Below, piece after piece: positions 40,549 through 52,749 of a stretch of DNA of 64,000 nt. Origin of the DNA: Lama glama (taxonomy: Eukaryota); assembly GCA_028534125.1 (NCBI GenBank), contig CM052817.1, forward strand, positions 44,890,001 through 44,954,000, written 5' to 3'. The notes under the pieces were generated by a model. It had not been told where the DNA came from, searched no databases, and saw only the letters and a list, made by a program, of their open reading frames with translations. The position numbers and the translations under genes were made by a program. Each line of letters opens with the position of its first letter. Position 1 is the first letter of the stretch.

Positions 40549-41014
40549 CTAAAGATAAAAAAAAGAATTATTTAGTGATGAATGCAATCAGCTTGAAATT
40601 TTAAGTTTATATTTATATGGCTATTTACAGTGCAAAACTCCAAAAGCTTTGAGAAATGGCAGGGAACAGGGTAAAAGAGAAGATGATTTAACCCACTGGT
40701 AGCTGAATTATGGTGAGAATTATGACTAGTGACCCAGGATCTCTCCTATCTTAAGCAAAATAAGCTCTTGTTTTTGTTTTGTTTTAATATTCAGCCCAAA
40801 GACTAGGATCTACATTTGTCATGATTTATTTTTTAAAAATAAAACTTCTTGATTATGTAAGTAATATAATTACAGATAATTTGAAGAAACACAGGATATT
40901 ATTAAAAATTACTCATAATCTCAGATATCAGAGCTACTCATTCTTAATATTTTGGTATATTTCCTTTCAGCCTCTTTGCTATATGTATATGCACATATAC
41001 ATTTTTTAGCATTT

Positions 41015-41300
41015 TCCTGTTTTATTGAGATATAACTGACATACAACACTGTATAATTCAAGGTATACAGCATAATAACTTGATTTACATATATTGTGAA
41101 ATAATTATCACAATAAGTTTAGTTAACATCCAGCATCTCACAGAGATTAAAAAAAAAGAAAGAAAAAAAATTTTTCCCCTTGCGGTAAGAACTCTTAGGA
41201 TCTATTCTCTTAACAATAACCATACAGCAGTGGTAACTATAGTCATGTTGTACATTATATCCCCTGTACTTATTTATAACTGGAAGTTTGTACCTTTTGA
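41015..41300 (-). mobile_element. L1 3'-end fragment (L1MA9-like)
   Basis: tttattgagatataactgacatacaacactg...actggaagtttgtaccttttgac. Confidence 0.75.
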
Positions 41301-41387
41301 CATTTTAAAATAAAGTTGATATTATACTCCATATGCTATTTTATATTCTATTTTCATTGCCATTGTATTATAACTGCTTTCTCATAT

Positions 41388-41524
41388 GTTTTTTAGTGTT
41401 TTGGGGGGGGAGGAGGAGGTAATTAGGTTTATTTATTTATGTTTACAGGCAGTACTGGGGATTGAACCCAGGACCTTGTGCATGCTAAGCATGTGCTCTA
41501 CCACTTGAACTATACCCTCCCCCC
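41388..41524 (-). mobile_element. tRNA-Ala-derived SINE (camelid Vic-1 type)
   Basis: Reverse strand GGGGAGGGTATAGTTCAAGTGGTAGAG...GGTTCAATCCCCAG (A and B boxes), (AAAT)n, tail; TCTCATAT direct repeats at 41380-41387 and 41525-41532. Confidence 0.88.
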
Positions 41525-41755
41525 TCTCATATCTTTAAATATTTTTCAAAAACATGGCTTTTAAGTTGGTTGGTGTTTCATAATACGAATATAATTTATT
41601 TAACAATAGTCAACTGTTGGACACTAACGTTATTTATCAATTTTGGCTACCATAACACTGCATAAACATTTCTGTACATATTTCGTACACAAATTTTTAT
41701 GTTTATTTCCTTAGGACAAATATTTAAAAGTGTTGCTAGGTTAAAAGGTATGGAT

Positions 41756-41829
41756 TTTTTTTTAATTGAAGTACAGTCAATTATAATGTGTCAATTTCTG
41801 GTGTAGAGCACAATGTCCCAGTCATGCAT
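41756..41829 (-). mobile_element. 74-nt extremely 5'-truncated L1 with TSD
   Basis: poly-T followed by aattgaagtacagtc..., flanked by GGTATGGAT at 41747-41755 and 41830-41838. Confidence 0.8.
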
Positions 41830-42487
41830 GGTATGGATATGTTTAAGGCTACTGATACATACTATAGAAACTGTCCTCCAGAAAAGTTCCAGCTTATAGT
41901 CTCACAAGTAATTTATGAGCGTTTCCGTCCCAGCACCCTTGAAGAATGTAATTTTTAAAAGACAAAAAAAACTTGGGAATGCATCATACTTTGGAACATA
42001 TTAAATAATCAAATAGATATAGCTAATAGCATCTGTTACTCAGATTGTTAGAAACAGAAATATATATACATATATAAAGTCATTATAACTTAGAAAAAAA
42101 TACCATTTTTTTATGCCTCTGAGGGACATCCTAGGTTACTATTGTTTGTGGAATAATCAGTTACACCTTCTATCCATGTAACAGGTAGCATAAAGCAGAA
42201 AATAACAGGTTTTTCGGAACGTTCCTCATGTCTTGTCTAACTGCTTTGCTGGGTGACCTATGGATCGTTAGACGGAGACACAGAGAGAGCTGCTATGTTG
42301 TCCTTATGAAGAGATCTATCTGGAACTCAGGAGGGTCTCTAATATAACAAAATATACCAAACTGGTAAGCTAAGTTGCGTTTTGCCTTCTTCCCACTTGG
42401 TATTACCATGCCATGCCCAATTGCTCTCGCCCCTAAGGGAGCAGCCTGGCAAATGTTAAGCCCCAAGAGTTTATGAAAATGTCTTAC

Positions 42488-42517
42488 CAGGGTCTTCAAG
42501 CTTCTGGTTTTTCTCAT
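42488..42517 (-). CDS. ART3: ART3 micro-exon (DEKNQKLEDP), 30 nt
   Basis: TTAG acceptor, CCTG|GTAAGA donor; matches the ART3 EKNQKLED repeat. Confidence 0.88.
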
Positions 42518-43506
42518 CTAAGTTAAAAAAAGAAACTTACCAGTTTCAACAATAGAATAAAGTAATTGGGGGTTACCACAGTTATAGCAAAACTATTTTC
42601 AGGTAATATGGCATAAATATCCACTTGATACACCCAGTAAAATATGCTACTAAATTTAAGTGTCAGCCACAGTCTAAATGTACTTTGGCTAATTGGGCTG
42701 AACGCTCCTCTGGCTCCTCCTACTAAGAAAAACTATCACGTATAACGAGTTTCGCAGGGGTCTCCACAAGCTAGAAAAATGTCTGTCTTGAAGGACTAGT
42801 TGAAGTCCTTGTAAAGTGACTAGTAAAACTTGTGGCTGCACTGGGCCAGTAAGAAGTGTTACTAAGCAAGTCCTCAGAGGCATGAAATGTTTCACATCAG
42901 GACAGGAAATATCTTCCAAACATCAAATAAACTGCATGCTTAAGGAAAGGCCACTTTTCTCTCTTCAATAAGGAAAAACCTATTGTAACTACATGGGCCA
43001 AATACAAAATAAGGAACTTAAATGCAAAGAAATGATTTGGGCCATATTACTGTAAGTGGAAACTTATTGTAAGGTGAAAAAAGCATCTAATCACCCAGAT
43101 GTTTTAGTCAAATGATACCAAACATCAGGTTATTTCAGAGAGGCAAATGACCAATTCTACTTTCATCTAAATGTTTGGTGTCACACAGGCTAATCTCAGT
43201 AACTGAATACAGAACTATATATAAGAGGCTTCAGACCTGTCAAGAACAACTAGCTCTTCAAGTCTGACTAACTTTATTTCTCAGAATGTTTCCATGTTGT
43301 TCAGTTCTCCAGAGAGCCAACTCTCTCATTTGCAGGGAGGTAGATTTCCCCAGAATAGATTCTTTTTCCCCCTCTTACATCTGCCATGTTACTCCTTCAA
43401 TCGTACAAAGTACTCTTTTTCTTCAGCTAAGAACTGATTTGCTGAGCAGGAAAGAGCTATTAAAGATCCACATAAGGATTATTTTTAAAAATTAGAGCAT
43501 TCTTAC

Positions 43507-43539
43507 CAGGATTGTAGACATAGATAGGTTGAAAATATT
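43507..43539 (-). CDS. ART3: ART3 micro-exon (EYFQPIYVYNP), 33 nt
   Basis: TTCAG acceptor, CCTG|GTAAGA donor. Confidence 0.92.
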
Positions 43540-44432
43540 CTGAAATACAAATATGTTTTCATTACATATTACTATACACAGATGTGAATGTCAGGTTCAG
43601 GCTATTTTAAAGTGCTTATTAATAATAAAGATTTGAGTTAGCTTACATTCAGGATACATGCAAAATATGGCAATATGAGAAATATAAAATTTCAATCTCA
43701 AAAACAAATGGATGTAGATTCATTTTAATTATCTGAAGAAGAATTCATAGAAAAACTAGCCAGGAAGACAGCTAGAAATGGACCCTTATTTTCAAACTTT
43801 TTAATAAGGAAATCTTCAAAAGGATCCACCCAAAGCATGTATCATGCCAAGCCGTTTTCTGTCAACTCTGGTTGAAATCTGTTGGGTCTAATTTGATAAT
43901 GCTGCTCCTTAATAGTCGGAGAATTCTTGTTTATCGTCCCAAGTCTTCCCTGTGGTCCTCTGAGAGAGACTATTTTCGGTTACACCCTCCTGTTTTCCCT
44001 GAGAAAGCCGAGACAGGCCATGTTACCACTCCTTCCCCTTGAGCCCTATTTACTCTATTCCTTCATCAGTCTCCCAAATACTACTTCCCAACATGTCCAA
44101 ACACAGGAATGAGAGTCTAGCTCTGTACACAGGAGTCAAGTAGGGGTACTCAGGAGTCCTTAAGCTCCTGTAATGATAAGCTAGGGCCAGACTGACATGG
44201 TCCCTGCATGCCCGAGACAACTGTACTGTTTTAGAGGACAGCCACAGGCAAGGCTAGGGTGGGAGGCTCCTGCACCCTCACCTGAAAAGGTGGTAGCAGA
44301 GGCATAACTCAGCCTTGAGAAAATTTTGGCAGACAGTATGACAGTCTGGTGGAGTGGCCCCGACCTATACCTGTGAGAAATAGCACTGATAAAGTTCCCA
44401 TTACAGAGACAGAACGTGAAAGCATATCTTAC

Positions 44433-44465
44433 CCATGTTCTCAACACAATTTGCAGTTTTCAGTC
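44433..44465 (-). CDS. ART3: ART3 micro-exon (GLKTANCVENM), 33 nt
   Basis: TTCAG acceptor, G|GTAAGA donor; frame continuous with the large exon. Confidence 0.92.
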
Positions 44466-44612
44466 CTGAAACATAAAGATAAAGCTTTATTAGTTAGACA
44501 CAATCTATCCTACTAAAGATTTCAAATTAGTCTATGGCTATTGGTAATCTAATCTGTCAGCTCCTAGTCTGTCTGATTTACAATTTAGTGGGAAGCAAAT
44601 TACATTTTTGTT

Positions 44613-44710
44613 GGGAGGGTACAGCTCAGTGGTAGAGTAGGTGCCTAGCCTGCACAAGGTCCTGGGTTCAATCCCCAGTACTTCCGGTAAAAATAAATAA
44701 ATACACACAC
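44613..44710 (+). mobile_element. Short tRNA-Ala-derived SINE (camelid Vic-1 type)
   Basis: GGGAGGGTACAGCTCAGTGGTAGAG...GGTTCAATCCCCAG with AAAT tail; near-perfect TSD AAATTACATTTTT / AAAATACATTTTT. Confidence 0.88.
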
Positions 44711-45862
44711 AAAATACATTTTTATATTCATAGTACAGTCACCAAACAGTAGTAGATCTAGATAAAACATCTAACATTTCTGGAATTCAGTTTCCTTATC
44801 TGTATCTTTTACTGAGAGACTGCTTCAAATGACCTTCAAAGTTCCATCCAAAGCTAACATGGTATGATCCTATTCTATGATTAGTCTGCAAAAATTAGGA
44901 GAAAATTTATCTGTCTGTTTAATTAATCCTCTCTTCAGATATGAAATGTCCTTCTCAACAGCTAACCTATCCCTTTACCATGACAATTGCTATCTAGAGG
45001 AACAAAGAATCTCAATCAGATCTTCAAGATCCTTGAATATATGAACAAATATCTTTTACATTCATACAGAGAAATAAAGTTGTTCTGCCCCAGAACACAG
45101 ATCTGTATGTAAGGAAATTCACAATTCTTGGAGAAGAGGAACAGGTCATCAAATGGTATACCTCTATAAGGCCCTAGGTCTTCTTGCTTGTGATGCCCTA
45201 GAAAAAAGTCGTGAGTGCTGCAGTGACACCCCTGAGACCTGACATACACAGGGGAACCTGCTAGCCTGCCCAGCAATGGTTAAGGCAAGAAATTCAGTGA
45301 GAGGGTGTTTAGATCTGGTGCCAGCATGAGCCATGGAGGGCTTTCCAGAATGTCACATGAAGGTCTATATATCATATATTCTCTTCTCCAAGCCTGGCTA
45401 ACTCACTGACTCATCTGGAAGTTCAGCTATCTGAGGATGAACCTCTCCATCTAAGATGGGGGTGGAGGTCCCTGAGAGGCCTGGCTTCACTATGAAATCT
45501 TCCTCTACAACTTGCTCTCAAATCCTGCTCATCCTGTGGAGTTTGAACCAAGAATCCAGGTGACTGGGTCCAGTTTCTCCTGGTCCAGGAAATGGCACAA
45601 ATCTGTAAGAATCTGGATGGTACCCTGAGGCTATCAGGCATTTGGCTATACAAGGAATTTTTAAAAACAGTTCTAGAGACTATTAGTTATCTATCTTCTT
45701 CAGCAGGAGATGAGTGGGTGCAAGCCTCACCAAGAAGTCTAGTTAAGGGCAAGGTGAAGGTGAAGGTGACATGAAAGCTATAGACATAACAGATTCAGCC
45801 TGAGGACAAGGCACTAGAGGACTTGAAAAGCCTTTACCTTTCATCTGTAGCACAAATTAGAG

Positions 45863-46050
45863 CATGTTTCTCAAAGTGTAATATTCCAATCACATACTTC
45901 AGGATCACTTGGGAGCTTACTAAAATCACAGATTCCAGGACTCTAGCAGGGACTACTGATACAGAATTTTGGGGAGTGATGCCTTGTAATCTGCAATTTA
46001 AACAAGCACTCCAAGTGATTTTTATGCACAAAAATTTTGAGAGCCTATTC
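45863..46050. mobile_element. MER5A/B (hAT-Charlie) MITE
   Basis: gtttctcaaagtg...cagattccagga...aatctgcaatttaaacaagcactccaagtgatt. Confidence 0.75.
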
Positions 46051-46211
46051 AGTAGTAGAAGATGGGTATCTCTTAATGTTTAACACAGATCCATTTATAC
46101 AAGACTGCATTTTTTCTTCCTATTTGACTCTAGATTTAATTTTCCATTGGGTTTTTCAGCAGCAGGAAAGCAATCAAACTATTTTTGGGTTCTAAAGAAG
46201 TAACAGGGTTA

Positions 46212-47704
46212 GGGGGAGAGATCAAGATGGTGGAGTAGGAGGAATGAAGCTCACCTCCCTGCACAAACACATCAAAAATGTATCTACATGTGAAACAATT
46301 CTCATGTGGAGATTGTCAGAAGATCTCTTATACAACCAAAGCTACCAGAAAGATCCCCTCAGGCAAAACCCTCCACCCCACCACAAACAAATAAGGATAG
46401 GATTCATGCCCCGGGAGGGATCTGGAAAGGAGGGAGGGTCCTCATGGGCAGGCCCTTGCTCTGCGAAGCCTCCCTGACTTCTGGGAGGCCTGCCAGGACA
46501 GACAGAGGAGCTTGGAAGGGCCTGGACTCTGATCGCAAGGAGTGTAGAAGTGCTGGCTTGCAAGTAATCAGAGTGGAGAGAGACTAGCCCTGATGGTTGC
46601 CACACTGCTGCACTTCCCAGCCTGAACCTGGCACCAGGTAGGGCTGCTAATCTGCGCAGTGGCTAGGGCTAAAACTCAAGGAAATGGAACCTGGGAGAGG
46701 ACTCCATCTAGCTGTGTGAAGATAGCCCAGAGGGCCTGGGGTGTGTTCTGGGTCAATCAAGAGCCCACTGTCAGTGCATGCAGGGTGGAGCATGGGTCCA
46801 CCATCGGAGTCCACTGTCAGCTCACATGGCAGTGCTTGGCTATAGCAGCGGACTCTGTTGGTATGCAAAGCAGGTGGCAGGTGGCACCACAGAATCACAC
46901 GCCTTAAGAAGACGGCCCCTGGCGGGTGGTTCTCAGCTGTTCCTTTCCCAGCAGGAGAGCTCTGGTTCTGCTAACTTCACATTGCAGCTTGGAGCAGGAT
47001 CTGGGGCAGACAGGTTCTGGGAGAGCCCCCTACCATAGAGGAAGCCTAGGTCCCAGGTGGCAACACAAGCACATCAATTCCTACAGCCACAACACCTTGG
47101 CCCACAATGCCAGCCCAGCACTAGGTGAGAGATGAAGGCAAGAGAGGGATGCAACCTTGGGCTGCTTCTGGGCAGAACCATGGATGTCTGCATGAGCAGT
47201 GCACATGTTCCTGTGACCATATGGGCCTCACCTGATTCAGCACTCAGTTTCATGGGGACAGAGCACACAATTAAAAGCAATGGAGCCTTACTGAACCCAA
47301 TCGTCAGGACTTCTACTCCAACAACTGGTGGAGCAGATCCCCACCCCCTGACAAGGCTATGACAGCCATGGAGCAAAGAGGAGGCCCTGTCCAACATCCA
47401 GTGCAGACTCTGGTTACCACAACACCAATCACACCCCTTATCACGGGGATAACAATGAGCACACTATAAGGAAAGATATGGATGGCATTCACACAAAAGC
47501 AGCCCTCACAAAAAAATACTGGGCTCACAGAGTCTACTCAGGTTATGTTCCCAGATAAAAAACAGCCCTTCAAGACCACGGTAGATAACTGTCTCTCCTA
47601 AATTCACAGAGACACATATTTAGGTAAAATGAAAAAGCACAGGAACTACTCTCAATTAAAAGAAAAAGAGAAATCCTCTGAAAGAACAAGCAATGAAACA
47701 GACT
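46212..47704 (+). mobile_element. L1 5'UTR plus first about 25 codons of ORF1 (3'-truncated L1)
   Basis: Starts GGGGGAGAGATCAAGATGG (YY1 site) then ...gctcacctccctgcacaaacacatcaaaaat, typical of laurasiatherian L1 5' ends; ATG at 47629 gives MKKHRNYSQLKEKEKSSERTSNETD, ORF1p-like. Confidence 0.75.
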
Positions 47705-48077
47705 GGCTGTCTTCAGCTTTTTGTAAGTTGTACACGATGATGTTAACTTCCATCTTGGCTGAGTTCCCAAGCACCATGGATATGCTTGTGTGGGTATACT
47801 TGTTGTGACCTCAGTGGATGGATGGATATTCATATAGTATTTTTTACTTCAGTAAAGGAATATATATTTCACATGACCTCAGCAAAAAGATAGACATATC
47901 ACACTGATCAGATCAAAAACACCAGTATATGAAATGGGATGCTGACTTTGCTTCCAGCGGTTCTGTGGCTACTCTCCTCTGCCTGCAGAGGTTATCACAG
48001 AGCTTATCATTGTGGAAAGAGGACAGCCAATTTGGGTCATCCTCAAGAGGAGGATGACAGACAATAATGGGTTGGGA

Positions 48078-48617
48078 TTATGGCAGGCAGCTTCTGACAT
48101 GGCTCCCAATGATCCTGCCTCCTAATATTCACACCCTTATGTAATCCTCTCCTTTTAAGTGTAGACTGAACCTAGCAACCTGCTTCTAGCAAGCAATATA
48201 GCAACAATGATGAGATGTCACTTCTGTGATTAGGCTTGCAAAAGACTGTGACTTGTGGTTACTCCCTCTGGCTCTCTATCTTCCTCACTTTGATGAAGAA
48301 AGCTGCCATGCTGCGAGATACTCTATGGAGAGGCCTATGTAGTTAGGAACAAGGGAGGCATCCAGCCAACAGCTCATGAAGAATGAAGGCCTTAGTCAAC
48401 AACCTATAAGGAACAGAATCTTGCCATCAGCCATGTGAGTAACCGGGAAGCAGATCTTCCCCAGTCAAGTCCTATGGTGACTGCAACCTTGGGAGAGATG
48501 CAGAGTCAAAAGACTCAGCTACACTGCACCCAGATTCCTGACCCACAGCAACTATGAGACAATAAATGTTTTAGCCACCAAATTTTAGAGTAATTTGTTA
48601 TACAGTGATGGATAATA
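48078..48617 (+). mobile_element. MLT1E/F-like MaLR solo LTR
   Basis: tggcaggcagcttctgacatggctcccaatgatcc...gattcctgacccacagcaactatgagacaataaatg. Confidence 0.8.
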
Positions 48618-48621
48618 TAGG

Positions 48622-49001
48622 TGTGAGGGTCAGTTTTATGTGTCAACTTGTCTAAGATACAGTCCCCAGTTATTCAATCAAACATCAATCTAGTTGTTGC
48701 CTTGAAGGCATTTTGTGATGGGATTAAAATCTATAATCAGTTAACTTTATGTAAGGGAGATTATTCAAGAAAATCTGGTGGGCCTGATTCAAGCAGTTGA
48801 AAGGCCTTAAGAGCTTAGGCTTCCCAAAAGAAGAAACTCTGCCTGTGGAAAGCAGCTTCAGCTCATTTCCCAGGTGTTCCAACCTGCCCTTCCTGACAGC
48901 CTGACCTATGGATTTCAGACTTGTCTTGTCAGACCATACAATCATGCAAGCCAATTCCTTGCAACTGATTCAATTCCTCTGGCTGAATCTTGACTAATAC
49001 A
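48622..49001 (+). mobile_element. MLT2-family (ERVL) solo LTR
   Basis: TGTGAGGGTCAGTTTTATGTGTCAACTTG...GACTAATACA termini. Confidence 0.8.
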
Positions 49002-52000
49002 ATCAGCATAAACAAGTCTAGGGGGTGAAAGTCTGGAGGACGTTGGTGATGAAGAGTTCTCCATTTTCCTATAAATATGGAATAAACAGTCTGAATAGCT
49101 TTCCAAAGGTTCTGGGCATTGATTCATAATGTGAATTTCTCATGGTGACAGATATGTCACTTTCTATCTGGCCTATCCATACAGAATCCTACTGACTCCC
49201 CAGTCCCAGACAACAGCACAGAAACTTCGTTATTTCCAGGGAAGGCTAAAAAAGAATCATTGAAGGTACTTAATATTTAATAAGCCCTCAAGTACAAAGG
49301 GTGGATTTATAAGAAATAAATCTGGATAGCCATGTAGGTTCATCTTATTTATCCCTTTTGATGCCTTGGCAGACAGGTGGCTTAACAGGTGTGAGTAAGC
49401 TCAATGAAATAGACTCCAGCCACTGGAGTCCAGTGGCTCTGCTCTTCTAACCAGATTACTTTTTACCTATATACAGTCTGGCCCCTCTCTAGAGAAACAC
49501 TGTCCAAAATGCCAGTTGATCTATACCCAGCCTGTTCAGTAAAACAATGAGAGTTTAGGGGATGATATATGCTCCACTATTTTTCTGATTGTAAGTTTTC
49601 TTCCAACAAACCACATTATATCTGCATTGTAAAGTGTATGGAATCCCAAAGCTAAGGCTTCCTACCAGGTATTTATAATTCATTTACAGTCCTCTCAATC
49701 TAAGGGCAGTTTTCTAATGGGATCGTTTTTAACAATAAGGAAAGTAGCTTGATTATATAGCTGACATTCTACTTTTAACAAGCTTTCTAGGAAAACAGTA
49801 TAGAAAAAGGTTAACCTGTGGTAATTTTCCCATGAAGAATGATCAAAGGTTTTGTTACCATTTACTAACAGTTCACTCCCATAATCTTGGATTAATATGA
49901 CTATCTTTGACCACCAGGAATTGTATTATCTAATGCGACACTGATATTCTCTCTACCTCCTAACCAACTGAACTATTTTCTTTAGCTAACTAGCTTTTGT
50001 ACAGCCAACACATATTTTTATCTTGGAAATCATAAGCAAGTTTAAAAAAGTAACAAAAAGGACTGTGTTAGTACAACAAAATTAGTATAGTATATTTTTA
50101 ACACTTTTAGAGATACTGCCTTTTTTCATCTAGAGTTATATTTAGTCACAATGGAATAAAGTTCTGAATATATCCTCTTGGCTTGAATTTTTAAAACTCC
50201 TAGTTATTATCCTTCATAGTGTTTCAAACAGCCTAACTTTAATGATTACTTCAGGGAGTTTTTGATCCTGAGTTTCCGTAAGTTATCTACAGATGGCAGC
50301 AGAGGACACTGGTTAGACTCCAGTTCAGTGTTAAAGCGATACAATCAAGTGCAGGGGCTTGAATTTGTCAGAGCCCTCCTAACAAACAGCACACGTGAGC
50401 CTACACAAAGGTTTTCTCTTGTGGCTGGTTTGAACATTAACCTACTGGGTAGCCTCTACCTGACTTTCTGGGCAAGCTCACAGGAGTGTGGCCATTCTCC
50501 TCACCCTTCCTCATGCTGGGCTCATGATGTACGTTCCCACTCAGGTCTGAGCCCTGGCTCATTCTGCATCAACCCAATGGCTCCAGCCTTTTTGTTCATC
50601 ATAATCCTACTCACAAACATGGACTCTGTGGGTTCCATTGCCCACCTCTGTCCATCAATCAGATACCAATGATTGATTGGCTTACAGTAGCTACTGCAGC
50701 CAGGGCTTGTATATAACCAACGCCTCTACAAATGGCATGTGATTGAAAGAATCAGGAGCACCAAAAGTGATATCATTTTGTCAGCCTAGCTGCAACTGGA
50801 TTTCTGCCTATCATGCACTGATAAAATTGAGCAGTTTCTGAGGTGGAGAATGAAGGTCCTGATTTGCAGTGTTTGCTGATGTCTATGGTGTAACTCTCAA
50901 TCATGGCCAATATTAAGCTACTTTGATGTTTGAGGAATAGGGAAGAGTATATGCCTACAGTCAGCTACTGTCAGCCACAGTCAACCAGTATGAGCCGGCT
51001 CCAAATGGCTTCGCTGGGTGAGGGAAACGGACACTATCCTCTCAGCACAAATTAACTCACTCCAGTCTTCACCTGCCCCTTCCAGAAGAACACTTTCACT
51101 CGAAACTCAGAGCCAGGACTAGGGTGAGACAAATGAGGTAACTAGAGTACAAAATTTAAGAGTGCACTCACTCTTAGGATCATGCAAGTGCAGATGGTAC
51201 AAACATACAACCCTAAGCATGAAGATTTCCTTAAATAATAGCTTCTACCATTAAATCAAAAGTGGACCAGCTCCCCTCCCAAACTGCCCCACCCTACCCC
51301 CTAAACCCTACGCAGGTATAATGTCCCATTAGTACTTCTCTACCCATTCTTTTTTTATCTCATAATCCCTTGGCACACTGAGTCAAGGTCTAAAAGTCTA
51401 TCCCACTTCTAAGGCCCTATACTGCAATAATCACTCTGACCAGCAACCGTAGTTTTGGGTTCAGCTAGATAATCACACTCTTAAGACCCAGAAGGCCACC
51501 CACTCATCAGTTTACTCAGTTTTGCAAAAGAATGCAAGACAAGGAACACAGCATACTGTTCACAGGGTAGCATGAGATATATACCTTCCATGCAAGTCTT
51601 CACAGCAGTCCAGGGCTATTCTTCAGCCCCCAGAACGACATCTCAGGTACAAAGAAACAAGATTACACGGGTGGGTGCAGGATGCATCCTAGCAGTAGTC
51701 TCATTCCATATATAGAAGCCAACATCTCTTTTATCAATCAGTCCATGAGTGTACTTTCAGGACTCGGCAAGAACACTTTGGTATGTCACATCACATTCAG
51801 GAATGTGCAAAACTATGACTTACCTCCAAGTATTAATAGTTCATTCACAACCTCTCAGCCCAGATGCACTTTACCAATTGAGGGTTATGTTTCCCATTAG
51901 GCAGTGTTACATGGTTACACAGCTGTCATTCCATCTTTAGTAGATTACAGACAAATAGCGCTAGAAGAAGGTCAACGGGAGGCTATTTTCATAGGATGGA

Positions 52001-52029
52001 GAAAGGGTTGTTAACCCTTTACTCATATA

Positions 52030-52660
52030 CACCAAGGCACAATATCATAAAATTTCAGGTTGTTAGGGATAAAGAAAACATCCTAAAGCCTTCCAGAGGA
52101 AAAAAAAGCAGGTCTCATTCAAAGTTTTAGTAATTAGAATGGCTTCATACTTTTTAACAGTAGCACCAGAAACTAAAAGACAATGGAAGAAAACCTCCAA
52201 AATTCCAAGGAAAATAATTTCTGAAACAGAAATATAAATCTATAAACTACTACACAATCCTAAAGATAGATTTTTCAGATGCAAAATCTCAGAAGATTTG
52301 CCTCAGTGTTCTTTTTCTCAGAAAACTTCTGAAGATCTCCTACCTCTAAGGAGTAATTTAAGAAAGAGGAAGAAATCCAAGATATAGGGGATTCTTCACA
52401 TGAGAGAAGCAAAAGAAAGTCTCAGAATAGGAATGAGGAAAGATTTCAGAACAGTTTCATAAAGCAAGACGATGGAATCTGGAAGAAATATATCCAGGAA
52501 AAAAATAGAGAGTATCTGATATGCCTAAATGTATTAAGAGGAGATTTATAGTTCTAAGGATTCAGGGAATAAATTATTACTGGGACATTAAAAATCAAGG
52601 AAAGAGAAAATCATACAACTTATAGCTCCGGGATAAAATAAGTACTTCAAAAGTAAAAGG
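52030..52660 (+). mobile_element. HAL1 / old L1 ORF1 remnant
   Basis: Degenerate translation IIKFQ..RDKENILKPSR...IRMAS.F.T...E.KRQW, matching the L1 ORF1p C-terminal region. Confidence 0.7.
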
Positions 52661-52749
52661 TACCAGTCTTTACTACACTGAGAGAATGGGAAGGGGAGAT
52701 GCACAAATATTGAAGGGGGTGGTGGTTATCAGATACTTTAAATTTACTG

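Noticed and set aside
44613..44685. tRNA-Ala gene (also 41450-41524)
   Set aside because: A and B boxes are present, but the AT-rich tail, TSDs and imperfect stems indicate SINEs.
46244..47528. Dense cluster of 69-107 aa ORFs
   Set aside because: All lie in the GC-richer L1 5'UTR; no coherent protein similarity.
50262..50672. 136-aa intronic ORF
   Set aside because: Non-ATG start, no recognisable domain or exon structure.
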